DNA from: Octopus sinensis
Lineage: Eukaryota
Assembly: GCF_006345805.1 (NCBI RefSeq)
Contig: NW_021832529.1
Span: 1 to 64,000 of the forward strand
DNA length: 64,000 nt
Reading direction: 5' to 3'
Shown: piece by piece, positions 37,782 through 50,306 of the stretch
Position numbering within the stretch: position 1 is the first letter of the stretch
Layout: each line of letters opens with the position of its first letter
Position numbers and translations under genes: made by a program
Notes under the pieces: generated by a model
What the model was told of the DNA's origin: nothing
The model's database searches: none
What the model saw: the letters and a program-made list of their open reading frames with translations, nothing else

Positions 37782-40195
37782 ACTCTGAAAACATTATCTA
37801 ACATGTACCTTGCTATTCCAATGAGTGGTGATAATCCATGGGTGTTGAGCAAGGAGCATGTTGTTGTGGCTTTTAGACTGAGGGTAAAGTATTCTACTGT
37901 TTAACTATTTTCTTTTATAATCTTTAACTAATTGTGAAGATAGACTCAGCAGATACCATATTATGCTAAAGAAGATTAATTTTGATTGAATATACTTTGA
38001 GAAGAGTAAATACTGTAAAAGATATAACATGAATCTTGATTGTAGGGCCTAAATTATCCTAAAAACTTTAGAGTAACATGTAACATGCAGTGTTGCATAT
38101 TTACTCCAAAAGTACATCTATTTTAATCTAGTCAGTAGCTGACTTTCATTTTTGTGGTCCTAAAGTTTGAACTATTACATCCCACACCTTCCACTCTTGT
38201 AGGATAATTATAGAATACCTTTCAGCAAGATGTGAAAGGCCCTACTACCCATGCAAGGACTTTGAAGCCCAAAGGATGGAAAATGTGAAATCTATGGAAA
38301 AAAGGGCCATGCAGTGAGCCTCTTTCTCCCAGTAACATGCACTGAGTGATCACTGTTACCTTTTTCGATATGCTTGTTCCATGACAGATTACTAGAAATT
38401 TTTAAATAAAATTTAACCAGCACATCTCAGCTTTTGGTTTAAATTGCTATACTGTGTTACTTCTCATATAGTTTTTAAGATATGGAAGGATGAAAATTAG
38501 GCATTATTTATGCTTGATGATATGTAGATTAATGAAATAAAACATAGCAAAGACTAGAGTTAATATAATCTTTCATTTTAAACACCTGTGAGAATACATA
38601 TTACATGAACCACATTTCACAAACTGCTCTTTTTTCTGCAATTTATTCATGTAAACTTAACTTTTATCATATTAAGAGTTTCCTTGCAATGTCATTCTTT
38701 ACAGACTGTTTGGATAAAGAATGTAAGCGCTCTTCAGTAATAGTAGAGTGAAATTTGTTCTTTATAAAGACTATCTTTGAGGAATTATTTTCTGCTTCGC
38801 AGCTCATGATAGACATTGTCAAGTACCTTGTATGTCATTCTTTACAGACTATATGGATAAAGAATTTAAGTGCTCTTCAGTAATAATAGAGTGAAATTTG
38901 TTCTTTATAAAGACTATCTTTGAGGAATTATTTTCTGCTTCACAGCTCATGATAGACATTGACATGTACATTGTATGTCCTTGTAGATGAACACAGCCAA
39001 GTGTATGCACATATTTATCTAAAGTATCTCAGATCAAGAATCTTTTGAACATCTTACAAATTTTTGCTGTGCCATTAACAGATTGGATTTTTTTTGTGCA
39101 GATCCCTAGATACATAGCCTAATGCACTTATGATGATATGTAAAAATGAAAATTTATAGCCTAGATTCAAGAGCTATATATTTTGCATTAGTTTATCATA
39201 AATCTTACCTTTCACCAGAACGTTTGAGGCCACATTCACATCTACATGCCTCGTGTAATCCCTTTATGTATGAAAAGGAATAAACCCTGTATTTCAACAA
39301 TTAGTCCAAATAATAGATATACTATCTAGCATATTCATTAGGTCAATTAATACAATTACAGTAATATTGTTTGTTCTCTTATTTTCCTTTTAATTCTCTT
39401 TCTGTTTCTGAAGGGTGTTGAAGTAGCTGAAGAAGTCATCACTCTGCCTGATAAAGTAATTACAGAACCTGAGGAAATAGATATACAATTGAAAGTAAGC
39501 TTGTGTTTTCAAGTTACTTCTAGAAGATCACCGACAATTTTATTGTTGTTATTTATATATCTTGTCTGTATTTCTCTACTGTTACTCTATCTCTACTAAA
39601 ACAATAGTGAAAACTAAGTTTTACTCTCAATTTTGCCTTTTCTGTTTCATTACCTGTAATACATGCATTGACTTCTTATACTAACTGGATGTATTAAAGC
39701 CAATGATGGAGACTCTTCATGATCACCCAGTATGCCAGAAATAGTAAAACCTTTCTCAAATCTTACCTTATCATCTAAAAAATTGAAGAAGGCTACATTG
39801 GATAATGAAGTCCTAGATGCTCTATGCTTGAAGAGAATAATGATCATGACTGGAATACCATTAATTATAGGTCTGGCCTAGGGCTAAACAATAACTGGAT
39901 GCATTGTCAGAGACTTGAATTGGCTTAATATTAAGCCAGTTGTTGAACCAAACATGCTGTTTAAAGAAATGCATGTACTTTTATTTCACACACACACACA
40001 CACACACACAAGTACACACCAGATACCTGTGACTATATTTACTTCTTTACATTTCAGATGAATGGTAAAGAAGAGGTGACGGTGAAATGCCTCATTATTT
40101 TGAAACATAAAGATCCTTCGAAAGACGTTATTCCTACCAACTTACCAACCACATTAAAAAGACAAAAGGAGCACAGACAAATAGGGAATGATTAA
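37782..40195 (+). CDS. MRPL9: Mitochondrial ribosomal protein L9 (bL9m), last three exons only
   Basis: Exons 37782-37883 (TLKTLSNMYLAIPMSGDNPWVLSKEHVVVAFRLR), 39414-39494 (GVEVAEEVITLPDKVITEPEEIDIQLK), 40058-40195 (MNGKEEVTVKCLII...*). All phase 0 with AG/GT; resembles the metazoan MRPL9 C-terminus (M..D.PW.L..H, GV.V....LP...IT, VNG.E.V.V). Confidence 0.78.
38692..38978. repeat. Two-copy ~144-bp tandem duplication in MRPL9 intron
   Basis: GTCATTCTTTACAGACT...GATAGACATTG occurs twice with few substitutions. Confidence 0.9.
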
Positions 40196-40966
40196 AATTG
40201 CTATATCTCTTATTATAAAAGGCAGATTTTATCTGCCTCCCTTTGTCAGTTATAGAAATCTACAATATAGGATTTCTTCAATTACAATTTACCTAGCATT
40301 TTAAGAGTAGAATGCATCGGGTCATGCCAGGTCCAGTTTTTAAAATTTAAACTCCAATTAAGCAAAATTTACAGAAAACTCACATTCTGGTGTGTATGTC
40401 AAATGCTTTTCTTAATGTGGTTTACACCACACGCACACGCACACACACAGTGTGCAACGAATAAACTGAAAGTAATTCACTGTGTGTGTGTTGACAGGTA
40501 GACAATAGAATGCGATGGCGATGTAATATTTGTTTCTGTATATCACGCTGATAGATACATGAGTAAAATGTATGGCAAGCTAAGAGATAAGAGTGAGTGA
40601 AAATGTTCTTGGAAGAGAGTAAATAGCGACAGAGTGATTTGAGGAAGACTAAACTGAAAGTATTTCTATAAAACGGATCACTCATGCTATCAACATAATT
40701 TCTCCCACTTTCTCTTTGCAAGTGTACCGTAAACCACTACTCAAAAAATAAAAAAAAAACACAGCAAACAGAAACAAATAAATACATAACGATTTACTCC
40801 TCACACAATTTCTTCAATTAGAGTTTACCTAAGATTTTTCAAAGTACTCCATTCGGTCATGCCATAACAAATTTCTTTCAATTTCACCCCCAATTAAGAC
40901 AAAATTCGAGAAAACTCAATATTTTAACATTTCACTCCGAAAGCATTGATGTACATGTGTGCGTGC

Positions 40967-40970
<4 letters not shown>

Positions 40971-41046
<76 letters not shown>
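40971..41046. repeat. (TG)n microsatellite
   Basis: Direct inspection. Confidence 0.95.
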
Positions 41047-41049
<3 letters not shown>

Positions 41050-42163
41050 ATGGGTTGTGCGACACAGAAAGTGTCGTGTGTAAGTGAAGTGCTTTTGTTA
41101 GTGTGTGTAAAGAGACAGAGAGAGTGAAAGACAGAAATAACTGAACTTTTTTTATTCACTTTTTGTAGTGAGTGACTGAGAGAGAAAAGAGAGAGAGAGA
41201 GGTTATGTATGTATATATGTATGTATGGCTTCAGTGACACACACACACAAAAACACATACCTACGTACACCTAAAGCACGCACACACACACACACACACA
41301 AGCGGAGCGCGAACTTCAAAATTTTGGTAGTATTGATTTGCGAGCGTACTTCTAAGCGCGCGTAATTGAAAGTTTTCACTATGATATCATCACGTGCGAA
41401 AAAATTCGAAGGGTTTTGAACAATTGAGATACAGATGTCACGCCTGTATTGAAACCATTGCTAAGCTGCCGTAATTGCTTAATTAAGACTTTGTTTAAAT
41501 TGAAAGGGGCAAATATGTGACGAGGTTGAAAAAAAATACCCCAGAAAAAAAATGTACTGCTGGTATTTATATAATTCACTACTATTTTGCTACAATGTCA
41601 TGAAAAAGAAAAAATTTAGGTATGTACAACATATATTATACATTTTTTCTATTCATTCAACGAAAATAAAAAAATCGAATTCGCCACCCCCTTTTCCCCG
41701 TTCGCGTTTGTGTAAAAAAAATTATTATTTAAGTTTTAAAAATTATTTACTTTGTTCAAAAAATATTAATATTAATTAATTTTCAAGAATTATTTAATTT
41801 TATTCTGTAAAATAGTAATTAATTCATTTATCTGTAAATCCGCGAGGTTGTTACTCAGGCACCTAGAAATAGCAGCCAGATTTTTATATTCTAAATAATT
41901 TGCAATTTCAAAAAATATATTAATTTTGCGTTATTTAATTTGATAAATTGTACGGAATAATTTTGCGCGTTATATACGTTCGCGTTTCTGTAAAAAAAAG
42001 TAATTATTTAAGGGCGATCGAGTATCGAGTACCTACGTCTGGCTCGCACGCGCGAATCCGCGTGTGCGCAACCGGGACCACTCTGCGATACAAGTACCCA
42101 TATATACATCCATACATACATGTGTGTGTGTGTCTATGTATGTGTATTAATGTGTGTGTGTTA

Positions 42164-42521
42164 TCTCTATATAAAGCTAAAGTTGTCTGTGTGCGCCACG
42201 TTTGGTAACCTTCAACTAACACTATCTCCTCCGAGACCCTGCGGCGCAAGTCGACCAAAATTGAGAGTATGATAGAAGAAGGGTTGCTCTTCCTTCCGTA
42301 GAACATAAAATTCAAATCGGACCATGTTAACACCAAAAATTATTTACATCAAAAAGATGCTTTTTTCTATGAAAATCCCTATTTTTTACGATTTTTTCAC
42401 TGCTGTGTCGCCACTTTTCGGTGTATTTCGACCAGAAAAATGTTCACAAAATTTTTACTCTTCAAAATTACAATTCCAGCGGGTCGAAACAAACCCGAGC
42501 AACGCCGGGCGATACTGCTAG
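42164..42521 (+). mobile_element. Short non-autonomous Helitron
   Basis: A|TCTCTATATAAAGC start; CCCGAGCAACGCCGGG hairpin at 42494-42509; CTAG|T end. Confidence 0.85.
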
Positions 42522-44963
42522 TATTTGCTAATTAGAAAGTTTTTTTATATTTGTTTTTAAATTAAATCATTTTAAAAAGTACCATTGTAGTTTCTTGTTT
42601 TTTAATATTTCTTTAAATTTTGCTTTTGTTTTGTTTTTGTTATAAAGTACCCTTGTTTGTTTTTTAATACTTTCAGATGTGCCTATCTAAGGTCAATCAA
42701 TTTTCATAGAGGTTTTATAACATTGCTGCTATATGCCATGGACATATTGCATAACATTTTATTTGTGAGTGTATATAATGTGTTCATCTGTAACTGATAT
42801 ATTTACCCTGTTTGCTCTTTTCCCTCTTCTTTGTTCTCATTAGAGACTAGCAAAAAATTCAATATCTCTAACTGTAGTGAAGGTATCTTTCTCCCTACCC
42901 ACCCTGAAACTAAAAAGCAGGACGCAGGAAGTGTCCTTCACAAGGAAGTAGATTGGGAAAATCGTTAGACTCTTGGGCCAGAATGCTTCACAGTATTTGT
43001 TCTGACTCTCTGCACTCTCAGTCCAAATCCCTCCCTGGTAAACTTTGCCATTCATGTTTTCAGGGTTAATAATGGTAGATTGGCAGAACTTGGATCAAGT
43101 AGGACATCTGGCAGTATCTGTTCTGGCACTTTGTGGAACAGATACAGACTGGTCTTTCTATTGGATAAATATTAATGGTGTGAATAGGGTAACTGCTATC
43201 TTTAAGAAAGCTTGCCTTATTTTAAAAATGCATGTGCAGATGTATATTCAACATAGACTAACCAAGACCCTATCAACCTCCACAGTTTAGCTGTCGATAC
43301 AAATATTGCTAAGAACTTTCTAGCTCATGTAAAATATTTTTCAGCCTCACACAAATACCACAAAATTTTCAATGCTTACAATATTAATTTAGCTATTCTT
43401 ACCTAGATAACACATACTTTCAACAGTACTGAAATATTTGTTTAATAACATTTTATTTGTACTGTGAGTGTACACAATCTGTTCATCTGTAGATTGCCCT
43501 TTCCCCTCTTTTGCTCTCATTAGAGACCAGCAAGAAATTTGATATCTCTAACCAAAGTGAAGGCACCTGTCTTGAAGAAACTCATCAGTATAAAAGAATT
43601 TCCCTCTTGTTTAATAGATATAGCAACTTGTGAAGAAGAGAATTAAAAGTGATACATGGTGGGCAGTCCCAAATACTAACTGTGACTATGTAATATTGTT
43701 TTTTCCTCACTGCTTACTTATTTCTAGTGAGCTTTTTTTAATAATCCTTGGAAGGGTTCACAAAATAAGAACATCTAGCTGTAAAACAAAGGATGAATAA
43801 GTAATTATTCAATCTATGCTAGCATGAAAAAATGGACATAGAATGAATGAACAAATTTATTTATTGCTTTTCAAGTAAAGGTTATTTCTGAAGCACTTAT
43901 TCTCTAAATACTTCTGGTTTCTTACAATATACAATAATTTACTTACTGAAATATTTATCACTGTTTCAGCAATTATGGTGAAGATTTATGCTTCAATAAT
44001 GAGGACAGAATTATATTGAAATATAGCTAGAGTTGACTCCCATGCCTGCTACAAGACTGACAACACTATTAGTTATTATTCTTCAAGACTAAAAACTTAA
44101 TTTTTTGAGGTTGCTTACATTAAATATGTTAACACTAACTTATTGTTGCTGGCTTTTCATGCCGATGGTGCTAGCATAACTTGCAAGAAGTGTTTCGCAC
44201 CCTGGATGATGCTTTTATGGAGCAGCATGGTGTTGCTAGAGTGTGTGCCACAGAGGTAACTCTTGAGCTTTCCACTTACTGGGACAACAAGCCTACACAG
44301 GACGGATCTGTTCAGTTTCGCTCACAGATTAAAAAATTATCTTTTTTAACTAAACAGTTTGAAACTTCGTATACTGGTGTAATTTCTCATGCTGAACACG
44401 GTTCACTTTCAACATTTTTGACAAAATTTCGTATCTTAGAAGTTATTTCGTGTTAAAGTTGTCCTATTTGTGTAATTTTAACCAATCAAAGAGGATATGA
44501 AAAAAGTAAACAATTACAACTAAGAACCATAAGAAGGTAGTAAAAATATTTTTTTATTTCGAGATTTGGAAATTAACTAAATTTGGGACATTTAGCGTGT
44601 CCCTGAAAGATCAGTACGGGACAGGAGACAAAATTATCAAATATGGGCCACATCCCTTATATAATGTTATTTTGCACGCTATTGACTCATCACCAATAGC
44701 CACATTTGGTCAGATCTCTTTACGCCTTGACATAAATCTTCGTCGAGATTTTCAGTGGGTTTTTGTCATTGCTGACATTCCGCATCCTATTTTAGGAGCG
44801 GATTTTCTAAATAACTTTGATTTATTGGTAGATGTCAGACGTCGGAGGCTAGTCGACAGTTCAACTACACTCTCCACGCCGACCAGAGAATCTACCGATT
44901 CAGCTCTTAGCCCGACATTTATTGTTTCTACATCTGGAGATGTTTTTCATTCTCTTTTGGCTT

Positions 44964-45395
44964 TGTAGTGATGCTGCTGTGTATGGTTCAGCGCGCATGC
45001 GTAGAATGGGACTACTTCCGGGTGGCCACCGGAAGTCTTCCCCATGCGCATGTGCGGGAAACTGACCCCTAAAATACCGTCCACTCATTCAGTCTCTCTG
45101 GCCCTGATAGCCCTCGTGAACAGACGCGCATTGGCAGTCTCTGAGAACTATGCACTGACTTAGCAGCGGACCACATCGAACCACTTCGACCAGCCAACAA
45201 GAAGCAGTACAACAGATTCGGCTGTCGGTCCCCCTCAGAAATACGTACACCAGATCTACACCATCACGAGTAATAAAACAACATTTGCTGTCTTTCCCAG
45301 ATAACCTGACTTCGTCTGTTATATTTAACTAAATTGAATGTGACGGGATCAGATCGGACACCCCTTCAGTGATATCGATTCCAGATCCTGTTACA
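44964..45395 (+). repeat. 5' LTR
   Basis: TGTAGTGATG...CCTGTTACA; about 11 differences from the 3' LTR by manual count. Confidence 0.95.
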
Positions 45396-45397
45396 AT

Positions 45398-45409
45398 TGG
45401 TGACCCCGA
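45398..45409 (+). promoter_or_regulatory. Primer-binding site, tRNA-Trp
   Basis: TGGTGACCCCGA two nt after the LTR; identical to the first 12 nt of the avian ASLV tRNA-Trp PBS. Confidence 0.85.
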
Positions 45410-45782
45410 GTAAAAAAAAAAAAAGAACAGAAGACGCAGCGAACAGGTTTTGCCAGTTAGCACACTGAACACTCAGTTTCATTATCATTTTCTTTTCCTT
45501 TCAGGACAGCGAAGGTGCGTACAAACAAAAGTTTTATCCATCGCACTCAGTACACTGAAAAAAAAAAAACACACACACACATTATTTTTTTTCTTTTCTG
45601 TAGCTTTTGTTTTTCCTTTGTGCACACACACACCTATTTCTTTACTACCCACGAGGTGCACACACACATACACCAGTACACAAAACACGATTTTTTTTTG
45701 GTTTGCTTTGTCGGTTCCACGTGTTCTCCACTTCTCGTTCTTACCTTCTGCCCCTTTCTGACAGGCGATTTTTCGGACAAAC

Positions 45783-46532
45783 ATGGCTGCATCAGGTTTG
45801 CCTTCATTCACAGGGGATGCGGGTCTGTGGCTTGCCCATGTGGAGTCGCATTTTGCCGCACATGCCGTTCCTCCACAGCAGCAGTTGCATCTGCTATATT
45901 CGAGTTTGCCTTCCCGACTCGCCACATCGGTCAGGGATCTCATAATGAGTCCCCACCCTGACGCCACATACGCGTCAGTAAAAGCCGAAATCCTCCGCCG
46001 CAACACGCGGTCGGAGGAGAGTCAATTTAATGAGCTGATGGCCGACGAACAGTTGGGGGACAGGACTCCATCCCAGTTCCTGCACCACCTAAGGGAGCTA
46101 AGCGGGAACGCAGCAGACGCACCACTCTTGCGGAAGATTTTCTTCTCCAGGTTGCCTGCCCACGTGCAGACAATGTTGGCCACGGCACTGGAGTCTGTGT
46201 CAGTAGACCAGATTGCCACGATGGCCGATAAAATATTAGAATTTTCGGGACCATCTCCATCGCAAGGCCTGTACGCATGTACAGAGCCCCCTCCGACATT
46301 TTCTCCGACGCAAAATTCTCTAGCCGAGAGGATCGATGCACTTACGCAGTGAATCAATGATCTGTGGCGTGCGATCGGGCGCCGACCTCGCAGTCGTAGT
46401 CGCAGTGGCCCTGTTTCTTGTAGTCGGAGTGACTCTGTTTCTCGTTCCGGCTGGTGCTGGTACCATTCCAAGTATGCCGAAAAGGCAGAACGGTGTACCC
46501 AGCCGTGCACTTTCCAGCCCTCGGGAAACTAA
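45783..46532 (+). pseudogene. Gypsy gag with premature stop
   Basis: MAASGLPSF..W..VES.F; TGA at 46350-46352 (probable CGA>TGA); reading on gives CWYH.KY..KA..C..PC.F..GN* ending 46532. Confidence 0.85.
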
Positions 46533-49500
46533 ATCAGGAGGAGGTGAACACGTCACCTTCTTCTTTCTCGTTTCCCAAAAATCGTGCGTTCTTTGTAAAA
46601 GATCTTGTGTCGAAGAAATTCTTCATGGTGGACACTGGCTCTTGTTGCAGCATCTGGCCCCTTCGTCTGACTGCAGACAAGCCCAAGCGCTCTTCAATTG
46701 TCTTGCATGCCATTGACTCGTCTCCCATAACCACCTTCGGTCAGATTTCGCTGCGCCTCGACATCAACATTCGTCATCCCGCTGACATCCCGCATCCTAT
46801 TCTCGGCGCTGATTTCTTGGATAGATTTAATCTATTGGTGGATGTCAGGCGTCGGAGGCTTCTTAACAGCACGACGTCGCTCTCGACGCCGACTGGGAGT
46901 TCCACCAATGCGGTCCTTAGCCCGACATTCTTTGTTGCCACCTCTGGAGACGTTTTTCACTCTCTTTTGGCTTCATTTCCGGAGCTATTGGATATTGCCT
47001 TTCAACCGGAAAAGCCTACCCACTCGACCCTTCATTTTATCACCACCACTGGGCCGCCTGTTTTTTCGCGCCCACGGCGCCTTGCGCCTGACCGTCTAAA
47101 GACGGCTAGGGCCGAGTTTGAGCACATGCTTCAACTTGGCCTTATACGCCCCTCCACCAGCCCATGGGCGTCTCCCCTTCATTTGGCGCGAAAGGGCGAG
47201 TCTGATTTTCGCCCGGTAGGAGACTATCGACGCCTCAATGCCGTAACAATAGCCGACAGGTATCCAATCAGAATTATACAGGACTTTACGGCAAATCTCC
47301 ATGGTTGTACCATTTTTTCGAAGGTCGACCTTATACGCGCGTACCATCAAATACCGGTCAACCCAGCCGACGTTCCGAAAACTACGATCACTACCCCTTT
47401 TGGGTGTTTTGAGTTTTTGTATATGAGTTTCGGTTTGCGGAATGCTACCAGCACTTTCCAGCGTTTCATTGATGAGGTTGTCCGCGGTATTTATTTTGTG
47501 TTTGCCAATGTCGATGATATACACATTGCGAGCGACACACGTGAAAATCATCTCCAGCACCTTTCTCAGTTTTTTCAGCGTCTTCGCGCTTATAGTATAC
47601 GTATAAATCCCGACAAGTGTGTTTTCGGACGCTCTTCTCTAGATTTTCTAGGCCATCATATTGATTCGAGTGGAATCAGCCCTCTGTCGTCAAAGGTCGA
47701 TGCCATTCAACGCATCGCACCTCCCACTTCCTTGCGCCAGCTCAGGCATTATCTAGGGATGATCAATTTCTACAGACGTTTTATTCCCGGTTGTGCAGAT
47801 AAGCTACTTCCTCTCACCAGGCTATTAAAGGACACTCCTAGAAAGGACGGTCAAGTCACCCTCTCTGTTGAGGCAGTGACAGCCTTTGAGTCCATTAAGA
47901 AGGAGCTGGCTTCTGTTTCTTTGCTTGCACATCCGGTTCCTGGTGCTTCTCTCTCTTTGACTGTAGACGCATCGGACACTGCGATTGGCGCTGTGTTACA
48001 ACACACAGTGGATGATCATATTCGACCTCTGGCTTTCATTTCCCGTCAACTGCAACCAGCTGAACGACGATACAGCACCTTTGATCGTAAGCTCCTAGCG
48101 ATCTATCTATCGGTTCGTCATTTCCAGCATCAACTTGAAGGGCGAGATTTTGTGATCTATACGGATCACAAGCCCCTTACGTTTGCCCTGTGTTCAAAAA
48201 CGGACAAACTCTCACCTCGTGCTTTCCGGCACCTGGATTTTATCTCTCAATTTACTAGTAACATTCGACACATACCTGGAAAAGAGAACGTTCCTGCTGA
48301 CGCTCTCTCTCGCCTTCTAGTCTGCGCCCTTTCGTCTCCTGCTGCTATCGACTTAAGTGCCATCTCGCAGGAGCAGCCACCTTTGGCGTCGTTAGACTTA
48401 ACTTCTCCCAAGTTCTCCTGTTACCAGTTTTTCTACCCTCTGCTTCTGTCGGCCGAAGGCACCATTCTCGGTGATACTTCCACTGGTTCTCCCAGGCCAC
48501 TCGTGCCTGAGAATCATCAACGCTCAGTGTTTGAAGCACTGCACTCCTTATCACATCCTGGCATCGCTGCCACCCTTAAGCTGATCACTGCTCGGTTTTT
48601 CTGGCCGAATATGCGTTGCACTATTACTTCTTGGACACGCACCTGCTCCAAGTGTCAACGGTCCAAGATTCAACGGCACGTTCGTGCCCCGCTTGGACAT
48701 TCCCCCCTACGGAGGCCCGTTTTCGCCATGTCCACATCGATCTGGTTGGACCATGGCCTGAGAGTCGAGAGTTTTCTTATCTGTTAACTTGTGTCGATCG
48801 TTTCTCCCGCTGGACAGAAGCCATTCCGATAGCAGACATTTCTACTGAGACTGTTGCGCGAGCCTTCGTTTCGAACTGGATTTCCCATTTCGGAGTTCCG
48901 TCCAGATTGACTACAGATTGTGGACGTCAGTTTGAAGCTTCGCTATTTCGCGAATTGTCGCGCATTTTAGGTGTGCATCATATCCACACTACCAGCTATC
49001 ATCCAGCGTCTAATGGATTAGTTGAACGGTTCCATAGACAGCTCAAGGCCGCTCTTCGTGCCTCTTCAGATCCACAGTCCTGGATCGAATTTCTGCCAAT
49101 TGTGCTTCTCGGTTGTCGCACTGCTGTCAAGGCAGACCTGGGGTTTTCTTCTGCAGAGCTACTGTATGGTACCACTCTGGCATTGCCTGGTACGATGTTG
49201 GTGCCAGACACTTCCCAGCCCCATGATCCGGCGACCTATGTCGCCAGACTGCGTTCCTATTTTTCGAATCTTCCACCCATGGTTCCCAGGAAACAATCTC
49301 CACCATCCCATCTCTCACCGGATATGGACACTTGGTCGCATGTTTTTGTTCGGAACGACTCTGTCAATGGACCACTTGTTTCTCCTTATAAAAGACCTTT
49401 CCGTGTGCTTTCTCGAACACCTAAGGTTTTCACCATTGAAATAAATGGTCATTCGGAGACTGTTTCCGTGGACCGACTGAAGAAAGCATACTTTGAGGCG

Positions 49501-49736
49501 TCTTCATCTTTTGATGACAACGTTGCCACACCCACCTATGCACCTTTAACAACACCTTCACCAGCGCCGACACCTTCACCTGCACAAACACATTCACCTG
49601 CACAGACACCTTTGCCTTCACCGGCTCCCACAACACCACCTTCGCCGTCAACGGTGCCCCGAGCACACCGTATGTTACAAGATCGGGCAGAACAGTGCAT
49701 TGGCCAAAGAAACTCTCAAAGACAATTTATATTTGA
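46454..49736 (+). pseudogene. Gypsy pol (protease-RT-RNase H-integrase), frameshifted
   Basis: VDTGS protease; RT motif mutated to NVDD; DASD RNase H; HHCC and DDE integrase; frameshifts at ~48695 and ~49665; true end YVTRSGRTVHWPKKLSKTIYI* at 49736. Confidence 0.9.
46523..46529 (+). other. -1 ribosomal frameshift slippery site G GGA AAC
   Basis: XXXYYYZ heptamer immediately before gag TAA; pol ORF lies in the -1 frame. Confidence 0.8.
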
Positions 49737-49861
49737 CTTTCTTTCTTTCAAATTTCTTGTTTTTTGTATTATATTGTGTACCAAATCTTCTGGGGGATCG
49801 GCAAGCCGTCTGTTTTTCTGCAGCACCACTACAAATTTTCTTGTTTTCGTACTTCCGCACT

Positions 49862-49874
49862 CGAGGGGTAGCCA
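49862..49874 (+). promoter_or_regulatory. Polypurine tract
   Basis: GAGGGGTAG just upstream of the 3' LTR. Confidence 0.6.
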
Positions 49875-50306
49875 TGTAGTGATGCTGCTGTGTATGGTTC
49901 AGCGCGCATGCGCAGAATGGGACTACTTCCGGGTGGCCACCGGAAGTCTTCCCCATGCACATGTGCGGGAAACTGACCCCTAAAACACCGTCCACTCACT
50001 CAGTCTCTCTGGCCCTGGCAGCCCTCGTGAACAGACGCGCATTGGCAGTCTCTGAGAACTATGCAGCGACTTAGCAGCGGACCACATCGAACCACTTCGA
50101 CCAGCCAACAAGAAGCAGTACAACAGATTCGGCTGTCGGTCCCCCTCAGAAATACGTACACCAGATCTACACCATCACGAGTAATAAAACAACATTTGCT
50201 GTCTTTCCCAGATAACCTGACTTCGTCGGTTATATTTAACTAAATTGAATGTGACGGGATCGGATCGGACACCCCTTCAGTGATACCGATTCCAGATCCT
50301 GTTACA
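49875..50306 (+). repeat. 3' LTR
   Basis: TGTAGTGATG...CCTGTTACA. Confidence 0.95.

Larger units (their letters stand above)
40206..42521 (+). mobile_element. Composite Helitron (family-A 5' end, family-B-type 3' end)
   Basis: A|TCTCTTATTATAAAAGGCAG at 40206; 40206-40655 is homologous to the reverse complement of array unit 53800-54249; ends at hairpin plus CTAG|T at 42521. Whether the middle belongs to one element is inferred. Confidence 0.55.
44964..50306 (+). mobile_element. Full-length Ty3/Gypsy LTR retrotransposon (defective)
   Basis: TG...CA LTRs of 432 bp, GCTT TSD (44960-44963 / 50307-50310), PBS, PPT, gag and pol in PR-RT-RH-IN order. Confidence 0.96.

Noticed and set aside
48616-49983. 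455-aa ORF as an independent gene or env
   Set aside because: It is integrase displaced by a frameshift; its tail runs out of frame through the 3' UTR into the LTR
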